Assembly: GCA_951406725.2 (NCBI GenBank)
Contig: OX597823.1
Coordinates: 81,902,001-81,966,000, forward strand
Direction of reading: 5' to 3'
Length of the DNA: 64,000 nucleotides
Source: Octopus vulgaris
Taxonomy: Eukaryota
Below, one piece after another: positions 25,981 to 38,714 of this stretch (position 1 is the first letter of the stretch; each line of letters starts with the position of its first letter). The notes under the pieces were generated by a model, which ran no database searches, was not told the origin of the DNA, and saw only the letters and a program-made list of their open reading frames with translations. The translations under genes were made by a program, and so were the position numbers.

Positions 25981-26374
25981 TTTCAACTTTGTGAGATGGA
26001 TGTAAAGTGGTTTAAACTTAAAAAGAAAAAGAAGCTATGACAAATTATGTCTTGGGACTCCTACTGCATGAGAACTTAATGATACGAACTATCATTTTCT
26101 AAATTATTTTTTCTAGTTGAAAAAAGCAAAACAAAAAAGCCTGCAAATAAAGAACAGGCGGAAATAGATAATACTGATGGTATATCCAGTCGTATTTCTG
26201 GGTAATTGTATATTATCAAAGGAGCATAGTGTGAACGTCACTGCAAATCGTAGAATGGCGAACTGAGTATTAAAGATTCAAATTTGAAGAATGAACTTAA
26301 AGTGGCATTAATACCTCCGATGGTGGAAAGAAGCAAAGAAATCCAGGCCGAAACTGAATGGAAAGCATGTAGCA

Positions 26375-26740
26375 GTGGCACTCCGTCAGTTACGACGACG
26401 AGGGTTTCAGTTGATCCGATCAACGGAACAGCCTGCTCGTGAAATTAACGTGCAAGTGGCTGAGCACTCCACAGACACGTGTACCCTTAACGTAGTTCTC
26501 GGGGAGATCCAGCGTGACGCAGAGTGTGATAAGGCTGGCCTCTTTGAAATACTGGTACAACAGAAACAGGAAGAAAAAGTGAGAGAAAGTTGTGGTGAAA
26601 GAGTACAACAGGGTTCGCCACCACCACCTGCTGGAGCCTCGATGAGCTTAAGGTGTTTTCGCTCAATAAACACCCACAACGCCCGGTCTGGGAATCGATT
26701 CTACAGTCCGCTGCCCTAACCACTAGGCCTTACGCCTCCC
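26375..26740 (-). mobile_element. SINE family B
   Basis: Paralog of 14716-15081. Confidence 0.85.
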
Positions 26741-26923
26741 CTAGGAAAACAATTACACGAAAGGAAAAGAACTTTCATAGCCAATGATAGACGAAGTTTC
26801 AATGTATAGTTGAAGGAATTACATTTTAATTATACTATGAAGATTTTGTATCTATTACCGTTTCTCGACAAAGATAAATGAGCACAGTGTAGAAAAATAA
26901 AATGAAAAACTAAAATTAACACG

Positions 26924-26995
26924 TTCCCATGCCGGGAATCGAACCCGGGCCGCCTGGGTGAAAGCCAGGAATCCTAACCACTAGACCACATGGGA
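26924..26995 (-). tRNA. tRNA-Glu(TTC)
   Basis: Identical to consensus. Confidence 0.97.
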
Positions 26996-27212
26996 ATGCC
27001 TGCTATTGTTAGTAAGATACAAAGATTATTGAAACTGTTGCTGTCATCAGTTGCTATCATTGATGTTTATTGCTGTCTGTTACATTATTTTCATTTACGG
27101 AGTGAAGCACGTAGAATATAACAAAACTCTGTTTATGCCTTTGATATGTTTATGCCTTTGGTATGTTTATGCCTTTAATAATTACTTTATTGAAGTATAA
27201 ATTGTTCGACCT

Positions 27213-27284
27213 TCCCATGTGGTCTAGTGGTTAGGATTCCTGGCTTTCACCCAGGCGGCCCGGGTTCGATTCCCGGCATGGGAA
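27213..27284 (+). tRNA. tRNA-Glu(TTC)
   Basis: Identical to consensus. Confidence 0.97.
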
Positions 27285-27457
27285 CGTTTGTTTTCTTTTT
27301 CTTTTTTGCTGCTGTATAAAGATGCCTTTGAGCATATTGAACAGGAGCCGGTAGTAAGGCGATCTAATCTACGAACTTAGAAGAAATAATTTCTCTAATC
27401 ACCAATACCGCGTCCAGTACTTCCAGAATGTATGGAGTACATAAATATATGAATGAA

Positions 27458-27843
27458 CTAGCAGTATCGCCCGGCGTTGCTCAGGTTTGTAAGGGAAATA
27501 ACTATAAAGCATTTCTTGAGAGTTATAGCCAAAAAATAGAAAAAAAAATGGAAAAAAATGATGGTAAATTTTTTTTTGAGATTTAAAAAAAGTGGAGTTG
27601 CGTCCCCTAGACAGTTTGTGCTTCGTATTTCTGATTCTCGACCCCATGTCGAATTTATCGATTTTTTTCAGAACTGGGGGAACTTTTCAAAATTTTCGCT
27701 TCGTTAGTTTTGAATTATGACATTGGGCTATGTGTGTGTCAAGTTTCATCAGAATCGGTTGAAAGCCGTGGTCATAGTGAGGGTACAAGGAAACAGACAC
27801 ACAGAAACACGCACAGACAAACTGCCGTTTATATAGAGAGAGA
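27458..27843 (-). mobile_element. Non-autonomous Helitron
   Basis: TC...hairpin-CTAG termini. Removing it restores ATATATGAATGAA|TGAACAAAATGG exactly as at 19802-19826 (A/T target, no TSD). Confidence 0.9.
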
Positions 27844-28243
27844 TGAACAAAATGGAGTTAAATGTTAAGAGACTGTAACAAATCAATTACTCAGGGACGC
27901 CTGCTGCACGAAAATTTAGTGAAGAAAGCAATGGGTTTCTAAATGACTAATTCTAGCTTAGAGACAACAAACAAAAGCAAAAAAAGACAGAAAAACGAAA
28001 AAAAAGCAGGGGAAGATAATACTGGATTTTTTATTAATAAATTATGAACTATTGTATAGGGATAGTCCGACCTTTAACAATACTATAACTACAGTCATGC
28101 TTCAGTCTAATTGATCGTCATCAACGGAGTATAATAGCGATCATTGCCGTCGATTGCTGGCTGTTTCCATTTTTGTTACCTTCATGCTTCATTGAAGTGG
28201 AATATGTGGAATAAAGTGTTCTGGACAGGAATCAATCTAAATC

Positions 28244-28655
28244 CTTCACTCTTTTACTTGTTTCAGTCATTTGACTTCGGCCATGCTGGAGCACCGCCTT
28301 TACTCGAGCAAATCGACCCCAGGTCTTATTCTTTGTAAGCCTAGTACTTATTCTATCGGTATCTTTTGTCGAACCGCGAAGTTACGGGGACGTAAACACA
28401 CCAGCATCGGTAAGTCAAGCGATGTTGGGGGCACAAACACAGGCACACAAACATATTCACACACATACATACATATACATATACATATATACGACGGGCT
28501 TCTTTCAGTTTCCGTCTACCAAATCCACTCACAAGGCCTTGGTCGGCCCGAGGCTATAGTAGAAGACACTTGCCCAAGGTGCCACGCAGTGGGACTGAAC
28601 CCAGAACCATGTTGTTGGTAAGTTAGCTACTTACCACACAGCCACTCCTACGCCT
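28244..28655 (-). mobile_element. SINE family A
   Basis: Paralog of 15794-16219. Confidence 0.85.
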
Positions 28656-29097
28656 TTGAACAGTTACAATTTACTCCTGACGGCAATACCCTTTAAATAT
28701 TATAAGACGAAGACTTTTGCAAGGACATGAGTCTCACAATATCTCTTATTGGCGATCTTTCGTTTTGACTCGAATTCTGTTAACAAACTACTCGGTAATT
28801 TCCGTGAGCACGTGTTGTCTTGTCAACTGTCAGTTGACGTATCGAAGGGGAAAGAGAACGCTAATGGGTTGTACGTGCGTGCTTGTTCCTCTGTATGTGT
28901 GTGTGTGTGCGTGCTTGTCCTGTGTGTATGTGTGTGCTTGTTCTTTATTTATGTTTTGTGGAATGTAGATATAACGAAATTATGCCAAAACACACACAAG
29001 AACAAGGAACGCAAGCACACACACATATACACACAGAGGAACAAGCACGCACACAAACAATAATTATACAACAAAAACAAAAAAACTAAAACAAACG

Positions 29098-29169
29098 TTC
29101 CCATGCCGGGAATCGAACCCGGGCCGCCTGGGTGAAAGCCAGGAATCCTAACCACTAGACCACATGGGA
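29098..29169 (-). tRNA. tRNA-Glu(TTC)
   Basis: Identical to consensus. Confidence 0.97.
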
Positions 29170-29941
29170 AGGCTGGAAGATTTTTACTTTAATAAAGCAA
29201 TTGTTAAAACTACTGCTGTGTGTTCAGTTGCTGTGTATTCAGTTGCTGTTTTTGTTCCTGACTTGCTGACTGCTGACTGTTACATGATTTTTCACTCAAG
29301 TGAATCATGGCTTTAATGTCGTAAGCTACGAAGTCCTAACGAATTGGGAACCCGACATTCTAACAACTAGAGGTGCATATGAGCCTGTTGAGTTACACAA
29401 CATAAACGGAGTTTTTGTTGATTAGAAGTTCAACCTTTTCCTTGATATATGTTACTGTTTACACAGTAGCGTAGCTAGAATGTTTGTCCCCCGGGGTGAC
29501 TCCTGAGTTTGCTGTTTCTGCACTCCTATACACTCCTATACTACAAACCTTAAAAGTTTCACCCTTATAAAAGCTTTAGTCTAACCCTTTCTTAGGCCAT
29601 CACTATCTATATTCCCAGGAATAGGAAGCAAGCCTGTGCTAACATCTCAGCAAGCAGAGACGGTAACACGGTTTGAATCTGCTGTTGAAGTAAATTTAAC
29701 TTTACGAAAACATTTAACTTTCTTTAGTGTTAAGGTGTTCATGTTTGTGACTGTGCTACGATTCGGTATCGACTTGACACGGATCAAAGTCTTAAAAACA
29801 AAAATACTTATTCTATTGTTAACAAATAAATGTTGTTTCTACGAGTGACAAAGAAAAAGATGTTTACACAAGTTCGAAATTCATATGAGATATTTTGGGA
29901 TCAGGTACAGTAGTAGATGTCGTGGATTTTTTTGTTTGGCT

Positions 29942-30280
29942 GTACCTGTGGAAATTTTGAAGTTTAGTGAAAATTGTAAGATTTGGTAAATTGATGTAAT
30001 TTTCCACGCTGAATCTCAGAGGCGAATTCACTTTTTCCAGGAAAATTTTCAAAAAGTTTTAGAGTTTATAATTTGATAATTTTTACCCAGTCAGGAAACA
30101 GAATTTAGAAGCTCATTTTCTGCGTGATTGCACTTGTTGTCAACTATAACCAAGTAAAATACTGGAATATTGGAATTCTGTAATAGGTACGCCATATAAC
30201 CCTTCATAACTTTATTATTTTTTGGAATTTTTAGAAAATTTTTGCGAATTTATATTCCACTCACGGGAATTCCTACTATT
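29942..30280. mobile_element. Degenerate MITE fragment (family of 57700-58126)
   Basis: Shares CCACGCTGAATCTCAG...CAGAAAACAG...CGCCATATAACCC blocks with copies near 57720, 61330 and 62615. Confidence 0.55.
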
Positions 30281-30930
30281 ATGCAACCTCCCCCACAAAA
30301 ATAGTGCGTGATTTAAGGCCTACTTAGCTGGGGTTTTTTTTGGCACATCTCATACATTATGTGACCACCTCATACATTATGTGTTTTAAGCATTTAACAA
30401 ACGACAAAAAGAACACGTGGTAAGCAGCTTGGTAACAGCTTCGCTTGTTACGATGGAAACAGGCACCTATATGCCTGTTGGCTTTCGATTGGCAAAAATT
30501 AACCAAAATTTGCAAACTTTAAAAGCTATTAACTCTTTATTTACTGATTTGTGGTGAAAATGAATTTCATGTAATTGATTACCTTACAAAACTACACCAA
30601 TATGCCAAATGAAATCAACTGGAACAAAAATTAAAGGAAGTGAAAAGTGGCAGCCAACAAGGAAAGATCCAACGCCGTTGTGTGTTTTTTAGAATTAATT
30701 GGTTAGGGAGTGCCGCTGCCGCCGCCGTTGCCACCGCTGCAGTCTTCCTCGACTCTTATTTTGCATCTACGGAAAGTTCCCTGTTTCTGTCCTCTTTAGC
30801 TTCCACTTGCTAGAGGCTAAAATGCACAAAATTTATAGCTGATGCTCTTGATAAGAAAAAGCGCGCCAAAGATTTAATCCTGTTCTACCAAAAGTTTTGA
30901 ATAAATTAATGCTTTGATGACAATTGCAGC

Positions 30931-31088
30931 GTGGAATGTGTTTATAAGCCATTTAAGAAACACACAAACACCGTTAGATTCACTTCAACATTTAAAGTAA
31001 CGAAAATATTTTGACAAATTAAATTTAAATGTTGAAGTGCATCTAACGGCTTTTGTGTTTCTTAAACGACTTATAAGCATTCCAGCAC
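30931..31088. repeat. Inverted repeat (about 65-bp arms), MITE-like
   Basis: CCGTTAGATTCACTTCAACATTTAAA pairs with TTTAAATGTTGAAGTGCATCTAACGG. Confidence 0.7.
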
Positions 31089-31647
31089 ACGATCTCAGAT
31101 CAGGTCACTTGCTATGCAAGTACATCTCCGTAATGTTTTGATGACATCAGCAATACTTGAGCGAATCGTGCTCGTGTTCTTCACTTGTTTACTTGCATCA
31201 GATAGGGATCCGGATCCGATTTCTAGGTGTTTGTGACTGCTAAACAGTCCTGCTACATTTCCATTAAGGACATGAATATCACAACTTTGTATTTCTCCTC
31301 TGGACAAAACCACTTTAATCTAATGATACAAATTATGTAAATTAAACCTCCAATAGGTGGAGAATAGAAATCAAGTTGGAATCTTCGAGAAACAAATTAA
31401 ATAAGATGCCACGTACAGAAAATATATAATTAATTCTAATCAATAAAATTAGTACATTTCTATTCGAAGCATCGGGCAACAGAATGTCTGATTGAATGCT
31501 TGGATGCCAGACACCTACCGTTATTGACAACTTGCTTGAAATAATTACATAGAAAGTGTTTCACTTTTGTGATTTAATATGGTTTCGAATTGTAACAAGA
31601 TGTTCACTCCCACAAACAGTTACGACCTCTTTATTGGTAATATTTTG

Positions 31648-31755
31648 TGAAGGCGTGTAGCTTAGTGGTTAGAGTATTGCACTCACAATCGCCAGATAGA
31701 GGGTCCGATTACCTGACCGGGCAGCATGCTGTGTTCATAGGCAATGCACTTAATT
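31648..31755 (+). mobile_element. Degenerate SINE head (family B-related)
   Basis: GTGAAGGCGTGTAGCTTAGTGGTTAGAG...GGTCCGATT, A/B-box-like. Confidence 0.55.
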
Positions 31756-32933
31756 TGATATTTCTCTAGTACTATGTGGGGACTTCGACGTAAAAGATGA
31801 CTAAACTAGGTGGAGGTGGGATTTGAACTCTGACACCATAAAATCCCTCAGAAGCAATTACTACCCAAACAAATCCATGGGTTGGAGGGGTGTCGGCTGA
31901 GTGATGCAAAATTGTCATCCGCCTCGAGTAGGGAATCACCAATAAATGGCGGATGCAGCGACGCGCATACTCTTGCCATTTGTAATTTTTAGCTCTTTTA
32001 CACGATTTTAGACGAAGCTTACTGTTATTACTCTGTCTATAATCGTTGTTCTGTAAACGGTTGACGAAGTCCAATTAGACCGAAGCATGACGGGAGTTGT
32101 TACTGGCCTGTTGAAGTTTAGACTCAATCCCTTTTATACATTATTTAAATTCGACGGATATTTGTCCTCATCTTAACTTTACATCTTAATGTAAATAATG
32201 TACATAATTCCTCATCTCTTAAATATAGAACTGTATTATCTAATCGGTAGGGAGCCGACATTAGACTTCAATGGAGACATATACAGAAACTCCATCAAAA
32301 ACTAGCTCGCCTTTCAAACCATCTAACTTTCTTATGTAGATGTAGAGACTCAAAGCTAATACCACCTGGCTTGACTATAATGACACCAGTCGATTCACAT
32401 AAAGCTAAAAGAGTAGCGGAAGGGGCAGGACATGCCCTCGTCTGTGAGAGGATCCATTACAACCGATGGAAAAAAACATCAACTGAATACCAAAATCAAA
32501 CAAGAAGAGGACAAATATCTGTCGAACGTAAATAATGTAAATAATGTAAATAATGTACATAATTCCTCATCTCTAAAATATAGAACTGCACTCCCTTCTA
32601 TATTCCATATTTAAGTAGTTAGAATTTGATCGAACAAATCTAGAACTCACAAGAAGTCAGTTGAATCACGGGGAGCTCTATTTACACAGATCCAACTCTA
32701 GAGAATCACAGCTTGGCTCTAGCATGGTGTGACAATAAAGGTACGTGGTGATTAATATTCAGTCTGGTCTCTTCTTTTGTGACTGATGTTGTTGCTTAAT
32801 CTCTGGTCAGCTCTGACTAAATAAACTCAGGATCAATGTATTTCCAGCTGCAGCCATTCCGTCCTTTTGTATATCAGAATCAATGGTATAGCAAGAGAGT
32901 ATACCACCTAAGGAATATCTTGAGCTTGTCCTC

Positions 32934-35457
32934 AAGTTCCACTATTCGGTCTTTGACGAATCAAAATGGTGTCTTGGTAAATAAACCCGAGAAAATGTGT
33001 GAAGCCTTTCGGGAGTACTTTGCCCAGCTGTTCGGGGGTGATGGCGGTCCTTGTGGTGGGAGAGCCCTCGAGGACTTTCTTGCCGGGCTGCCGTGTCTCT
33101 CGGGGTCGGATGCGGAGACTTGCGAAGGGCCAATCATGCCTGTGGAGGTGATGGAGGCTTTGGCCGATTGTAAAGCGGGTAAGTCGCCGGGACTTGATGG
33201 TCTTCCGTATGAGTTGTATAAATGTATGCCAGACTTGTTCAGGCAACTACTGGCTGACGTGTACGCGAACTGGAAACAGAATGAGTTTATCCCCAGATCT
33301 GTGCGCCGGGAAGTAGTGACGTTGGTCAGAAAGGACCCGGACAAGAGGGACGTTATAGAGAATTTCAGGCCCATCACTCTGTTAAACGCAGAAGTGAAGA
33401 TTTTGGCCAAGGTCTTAGCAAAAAGGTTGGCGCGTGTCGCGAATGGTATAGTCGGGAAGGCATAAACATGTGCCATCCCAGGCAGAACCATTCAGGATGC
33501 CCTCCATCTTATTCGCTATACCATAGAGAGGGTTGGTAATAAATCTGGCAAAGGTGGGGCATTGGTACATTTAGACCAGTCTAAAGCATTTGATAGGGTT
33601 GACCATCGATACCTGGCGACTGTGCTTGGGCGGCTCGGCTTGGGTCTTGGCTTCCTCAGGTGGTTTATCGCTTTGTACCACAACATTGACTCAATAGTTC
33701 GGGTGAACGGTTTCCTTTCGAAGCCGTTCTGCATCAGACGCTCGGTTCGTCAAGGATGTCCGCTCTCACCACTTTTGTATGTGATGGCTCTGGAGCCGCT
33801 ACTGCGAAGGTTGAGTGGCATCCCGAGAGAACCAGATCTAGAGGAGTTTGTTACGGGTTACGTGGATGATATCACTATCAGCGTAACCTCGGTAGCACGC
33901 CTACGGGAAGTGGGTAATACTATTGAGGCTTACGAGGTGGCAGGAGCAAAGATTAACCGGGAAAAGTCGGTCGGCTTGCAGCTCGGCACCTGAGTTGGCA
34001 AGTCGATGCCTTCAGACAGCGTTGTTGGGTGCTGGACGTAGGGACCGGTTAAGTTGCTGGGAGTTTGGTTTGGACCAGGCCTCCAGATAGAGAAGAACTG
34101 GACGGAGGTATTGAGCAGGGTGGCTGCAGTAGTGAAGACCTGGTCTTGGCGGTGGCAATCCCTGAAAGGGAGGGCAGAGGTGGCCAATGTGTTTATCGCA
34201 TCGGTCATTACCTACCGCCTGACCGTCGTGCCCTGTCCGGATTCGTGGTTGATCAGGTTGGAGAGACAGCTCTTTCGCTTTTTGTGGAAGGACAGGTCGC
34301 CATTTGTAAAACGCTCTGTCTGCTGTCAAAAGCCTTTAAAGGGAGGTTTAGTGATGCCTTAGTTAATGATGCGCAGACATGCGTTGTGGTTGAGGCACCT
34401 CTGGATTCTCCTGGATAATGAACGGGTGTGGTCTCCGCTGGCCAGACAAATGTTCCCCGATTTCAAATACTTTTGCGAACAGGAAGCCTGGTGTTCTCTT
34501 AGACCGAGGTCGAGTGAGTGACATAAAGAGTGCTGTAAGGCCCTCTTGCTATTCCGGCGCTCGGGCAACGCCAGCAGTGGGGATTCCACACGGATTTTAT
34601 ATAGTGGGTTGGTAGAGTCTGAATGCGACGATAGCCTGGGGGGGGGGGGCGACTCTAGGTCCCGGGTTTATTCAACTGGACAGCCTGTTTCACTGTACAT
34701 TCGGGTTGAGAACGTTGGACAACTTCCAAAAGTCCTTAACCTGGCAATGCTACAAAGGTGCCTTGCCCGTTTGGGATAAGCTCGCAAGACATGGTAAGCG
34801 TCAGTCGCCGACCTGTCCAAGATGCTGTGGGGGGGGGGAGAGGGAAACTATCCCTCACGCTATTGTTCAATGTCCGGAGATAACTGAAAAGTGGGCTTAT
34901 GCTGAACACCTGTTGTCCGGCGAAGGAAGAGTACAGCTGTCGACTGAGTTAATTATAAAAATTCACCAGCCGGGAGTTTTAACGAACGAAGGTAAGAGTT
35001 GCTTTCTCACGGTTGTATCAATAGCGAAAGAGGCAGTATGGAAAACAAGGATAAAAGGAATTAAGACAGGCAACTTTATCTCTGGCCACAATTTACGGTC
35101 ATTTTGTTTTCCTTTTCATTTGAAAAGGAAGCTGTGGCTGGAGAAGAGATGTCTATCGGAGTGTACGTTCCAAAAGAGATGGAAGCATGTTGCACGAGTG
35201 TTGTGCGTGCAAGGAACCGTGTGAAAAGACGAAAAAAAAAAAAAGGTACCAGCGGTAGATCGGGGCTTGTGGGGTCGGAGCGTGGCCTGATCATCGCTTC
35301 ATTTGTATTGTCTTTGTATTGTTAATTCCATTCGTTTTTTTTTATATTGTATTTAAATTTTTAAAGTCACAATACATGTAAAATCATATCGCTTCACTGA
35401 TCCCATCAGTTGTTCTGTCCATTTCTATGTTTGGCCCCCGGTGGGCAATAAAGAAAT
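32934..35457 (+). mobile_element. Tx1-clade (L1 group) LINE, 5'-truncated pseudogene with 3' UTR
   Basis: Interrupted ORFs with KSPGLDGLPYELYK, NFRPITLLN, TCAIPGRTI, LDQSKAFDRVDH, VRQGCPLSPLLY, YVDD and CCHC finger CPRC...ETIPHAIVQC. Ends GTGGGCAATAAAGAAAT. Confidence 0.9.
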
Positions 35458-35628
35458 TGGTATTTCGCCCGTTACTACGTTCTGAGTTCAAATTCCGCCG
35501 AGGTCGATTTTGCCTTTCATTTTTTCGCGATCGATTAATAAGTACCAGTTACGCACTGGGGTCGATGTAATCGACTTAATCCTCTCCCCCAAGCTACCCT
35601 TGTGGCAAAATTTTAAAATCATTATTTA
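35458..35628 (+). mobile_element. SINE family C 3' remainder, with a different tail
   Basis: GGTATTTCG...TTCTGAGTTCAAATTCCGCCGAGGTCGA...GTACCAGTTACGCACTGGGGTCGATGTAATCG matches the reverse complement of 12150-12270. Confidence 0.8.
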
Positions 35629-35656
35629 ATTGTTTATTTATTATTCATATATATGT

Positions 35657-35895
35657 ATACTCTTTTACTCTTTTACTCGTTTCAGTCATTTGACTGTGGC
35701 CATGCTGGAGCACCGCCTTTTGTCGAGCAAATCGACCCCAGGACTTATTCTTTGGCAGCCTAGTACTTATTATATCGGTCTCTTTTGCCGAACCGCTAGC
35801 TTACGGGGACGTAAACACACCAGCATCTGTTGTCAAGCGATGTTGGGGGGATAAACACAGACACACAAACATACACACACACGCACAGACACACA

Positions 35896-35965
<70 letters not shown>

Positions 35966-36097
35966 CGACGTCTACCAAATCCACTCCCAAGGCTTTGGTC
36001 GGCCCGAGGCTACAGTAGAAGACACCTGCCCAAGTTGCCACGCAGTGGAACTAAACCCGGAACCATGTAAGCTACTTACACAGCCACTCCTACGCCT
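35657..36097 (-). mobile_element. SINE family A
   Basis: Reverse complement of family A with expanded (CA)n(TA)n. Confidence 0.85.
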
Positions 36098-36700
36098 ATA
36101 TATATATATATATATATATCAAATCAGGGAATTTTAAAAATAGTATATATATATAAATATATTTTTTTTTTTTAATTTAAAAAAAAAAATTTTTATCTAA
36201 TCTAGTTTCAGCTCACAATCTGTGGCCATGCTGGGGCACCGCCATATATACTATTTTTATAATTCCCCGATTCGTGTAAGGCACGTTATTGCTATTAAGT
36301 GAAAAACAATAGTTTGTACGTGGCTGCTTTTACATAATGGAATTAGTTGCAAATTTTCCAAAGAAAGGAATGTTAAATATAGCCTTAGATATATATACAC
36401 TGCCAGAAAATAAAATAAAATATAAGGGGTTTGATGCTTGGTCTCAGCTGGGATATTTTTGATTACAGGTTTGCTCGATCAGAAATTAGCTGGTGCTAAA
36501 CAACGACTGTAGCTGTTCGCTATTAACAGATTCCTAGTGTACAACTATCTCTGTTCTGTTACTGTTGCACTAGACGAAGCGACATCAGCTATATTATTCG
36601 AAAGCATCACACACATATAGAGTTATCTCCCATGCATGTTTAATCTCTTGCTGATGTTATTTAAAAGTAAGAAAGTTTTCCTATCGTATGTTCGGTTACA

Positions 36701-37368
36701 CATGGTTCTCAACCATTTTTTATCAGTGTACCCCTTTGATTACTATTTTATTCTTGTGGACCCCCATAGCCATTCAATGTTTATCAACCAGTTTTGTTGA
36801 CGCTTCTTTCAAAGTACCTATTGCGTTTTCACACATTTAACTTGTACTAGCAGTATCGCCCGGCGTTGCTCGGGTTTGTTTCGACCCTTTAGAATTGGAA
36901 TTTTTGAAAAGTAAAAATTTTGCATTATGTAGCTTTTTATTCTCTTTAAGTGAACATTCTTCTGATTGAAATACACCAAATAATGGCGACACAGCAGTAA
37001 AAAAAATAGGGATTTTCATAGAAAAAAAGCACCTCTTTGATGCAAATAATTTTTGGTGTTAACATGGTCAGAAGGAAGAGCAAGCCTTCCTCTATCATAC
37101 TCTCAATTTTGGTCAACTTGCACCGCAGGGTCTCGGAGGGGATAGTGTTAGTTGAAGGCTACCAAGCTTTATATATAGAGAGGTTAGTTGAACTATGTAA
37201 AACGCTAGAGAACCTAACTGTTTCTTTAATAAATATATCTAAAGCGAAATTTTTTCATGAACTCTCAAAGTACTACTGTGGACCCAATTTACTATTTTGA
37301 TTGTATGGATCCCCAAAATTTTTATATTAACCCCAAGGGGTTATATGGACGCCGTTTGAGAACCACTG
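36701..37368. mobile_element. hAT-like MITE with a nested Helitron
   Basis: TIR CA(G)TGGTTCTCAA...TTGAGAACCACTG. GGTTACAC on the left (36694-36701) recurs just right of the TIR in the duplicate at 49919-49926, giving an 8-bp TSD. Confidence 0.65.
36847..37181 (-). mobile_element. Non-autonomous Helitron
   Basis: Same CTAGCAGTATCGCCCGGCGTTGCTCGGG 3' terminus; TATATAGAGA-type 5' terminus. Confidence 0.75.
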
Positions 37369-37584
37369 TGTCTCTTTAATGTTCTTGGTATGAAAAATAC
37401 TTCTCATCTCAATTGAATAACGTCCCATATCAACCTATTTTTATGTTTTACCGTAAAACAATTATTTTTATATAGCACCGTCGAATATTTTATATTCCAC
37501 TGCAAAAAGTAGGCTCTTTACGAATTAAGACGGCAACGTAGCTTACCGCAGGTCAAACCTGAAAGAGTAGAAAATAAATAAATG

Positions 37585-37822
37585 CGCCATTTTAAAGCGC
37601 TAGCCAGGCTCATGGGCCCGGTTTCTATGGCGTATGTGTTCCCCAGCTGGACGGGACGCCAGTCCATCGCAGCATTACTCATTTTTACCAGCTGAGTGGA
37701 CTGGAGCAACGTGAAATGAAGTGTTTTGCTCTAGAACACAACGCGTCTCCCTGTCCAGGAATCGAAACCACAATCTTACGATCATGATGCTAACACCCTA
37801 ACCACTGAGCCATGCGCCTCCA
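37585..37822 (-). mobile_element. tRNA-derived SINE (family B-type head, different tail)
   Basis: Head GTGGAGGCGCATGGCTCAGTGG...GGTTTCGATTCC. Absent from the D2 paralog near 50128. Confidence 0.8.
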
Positions 37823-38714
37823 CAGAAAATGTAGACTCATGGCCAAAAACTTTCTAGTTGTTACGATTCCATTTATTTGACTAGACTACTCCATCGTATT
37901 TGTCTTCTAATTTTTAAGTCAGCCGGATGCAATTTGTGGAAGATTTGGCTGTTATTTTAGCAGATTGAGCATGCTCATAGACATTTCGTTGTTGTTTCGA
38001 TGGCGATGTGAAATTTCACTTTACTCGAGGCATTTCATTAAATCAAACTTTACAACATTCCCATCTCTTTAGGCCTTTGTACACCGTAATTTACACACAC
38101 GTGTATAAGAAACTATTTTTAAACTACGTGCAGCAACTAAGTTAAGTAACTTGGAATAAATGAGTAGCGTTGCTTTCATGAATGCAAGACATACAACGCA
38201 TGTCTAAGAGATATAAATAAGAGAAAATAGCAAATAAGGATTTTATAAATCACATATTTTAATGAGAGACAGCAAGAAAGATTGTACATATAAATGCTAT
38301 ATGTACTCTACTTCAGTTACGGCTTTTATTTTTTTAAATTACATGTTTTACCAGGATTTGTAAGTCGGTTGTTTAACTTCAGGTCAGGCATGATCGAGAA
38401 GACATGTGATCATAAGTATCCTAAACGTGACTAACCTGTTTTTTATTCCTTAAAATACATTGTGTATCCAGGAGGGTATTATACATTACCCATTTTTTTT
38501 AAAGACAGTAGGGTGTAAATTGGGGAAGATTTGGTTACTATTTCGATTTACCAACGGAGGTAAAAGCTTGCTTCGGCTCGAAACAGATTGAATACAAAAA
38601 CACAGAAAAGAGGCGTATGTATCTTCGTTGGTGTACTGTGAGAGAAAGTAGAAAGCTGTTAGAACTCAATACTTCCCAGCATTAGAAATGTCCGTCGGCG
38701 AAAAGATGTGGTCC

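Larger units (their letters stand above)
12665..29169. repeat. Tandem array of about 4-4.8 kb units (tRNA, SINE/mariner, SINE B, divergent tRNA pair, SINE A)
   Basis: Equivalent tRNAs at 12665, 16660, 24289 and 29098. One partial unit at 22256-24288. Confidence 0.9.

Noticed and set aside
36120-36272. Short inverted repeat around a SINE-tail fragment
   Set aside because: Arms are only about 30 bp and AT-rich; cannot be classified from this window.
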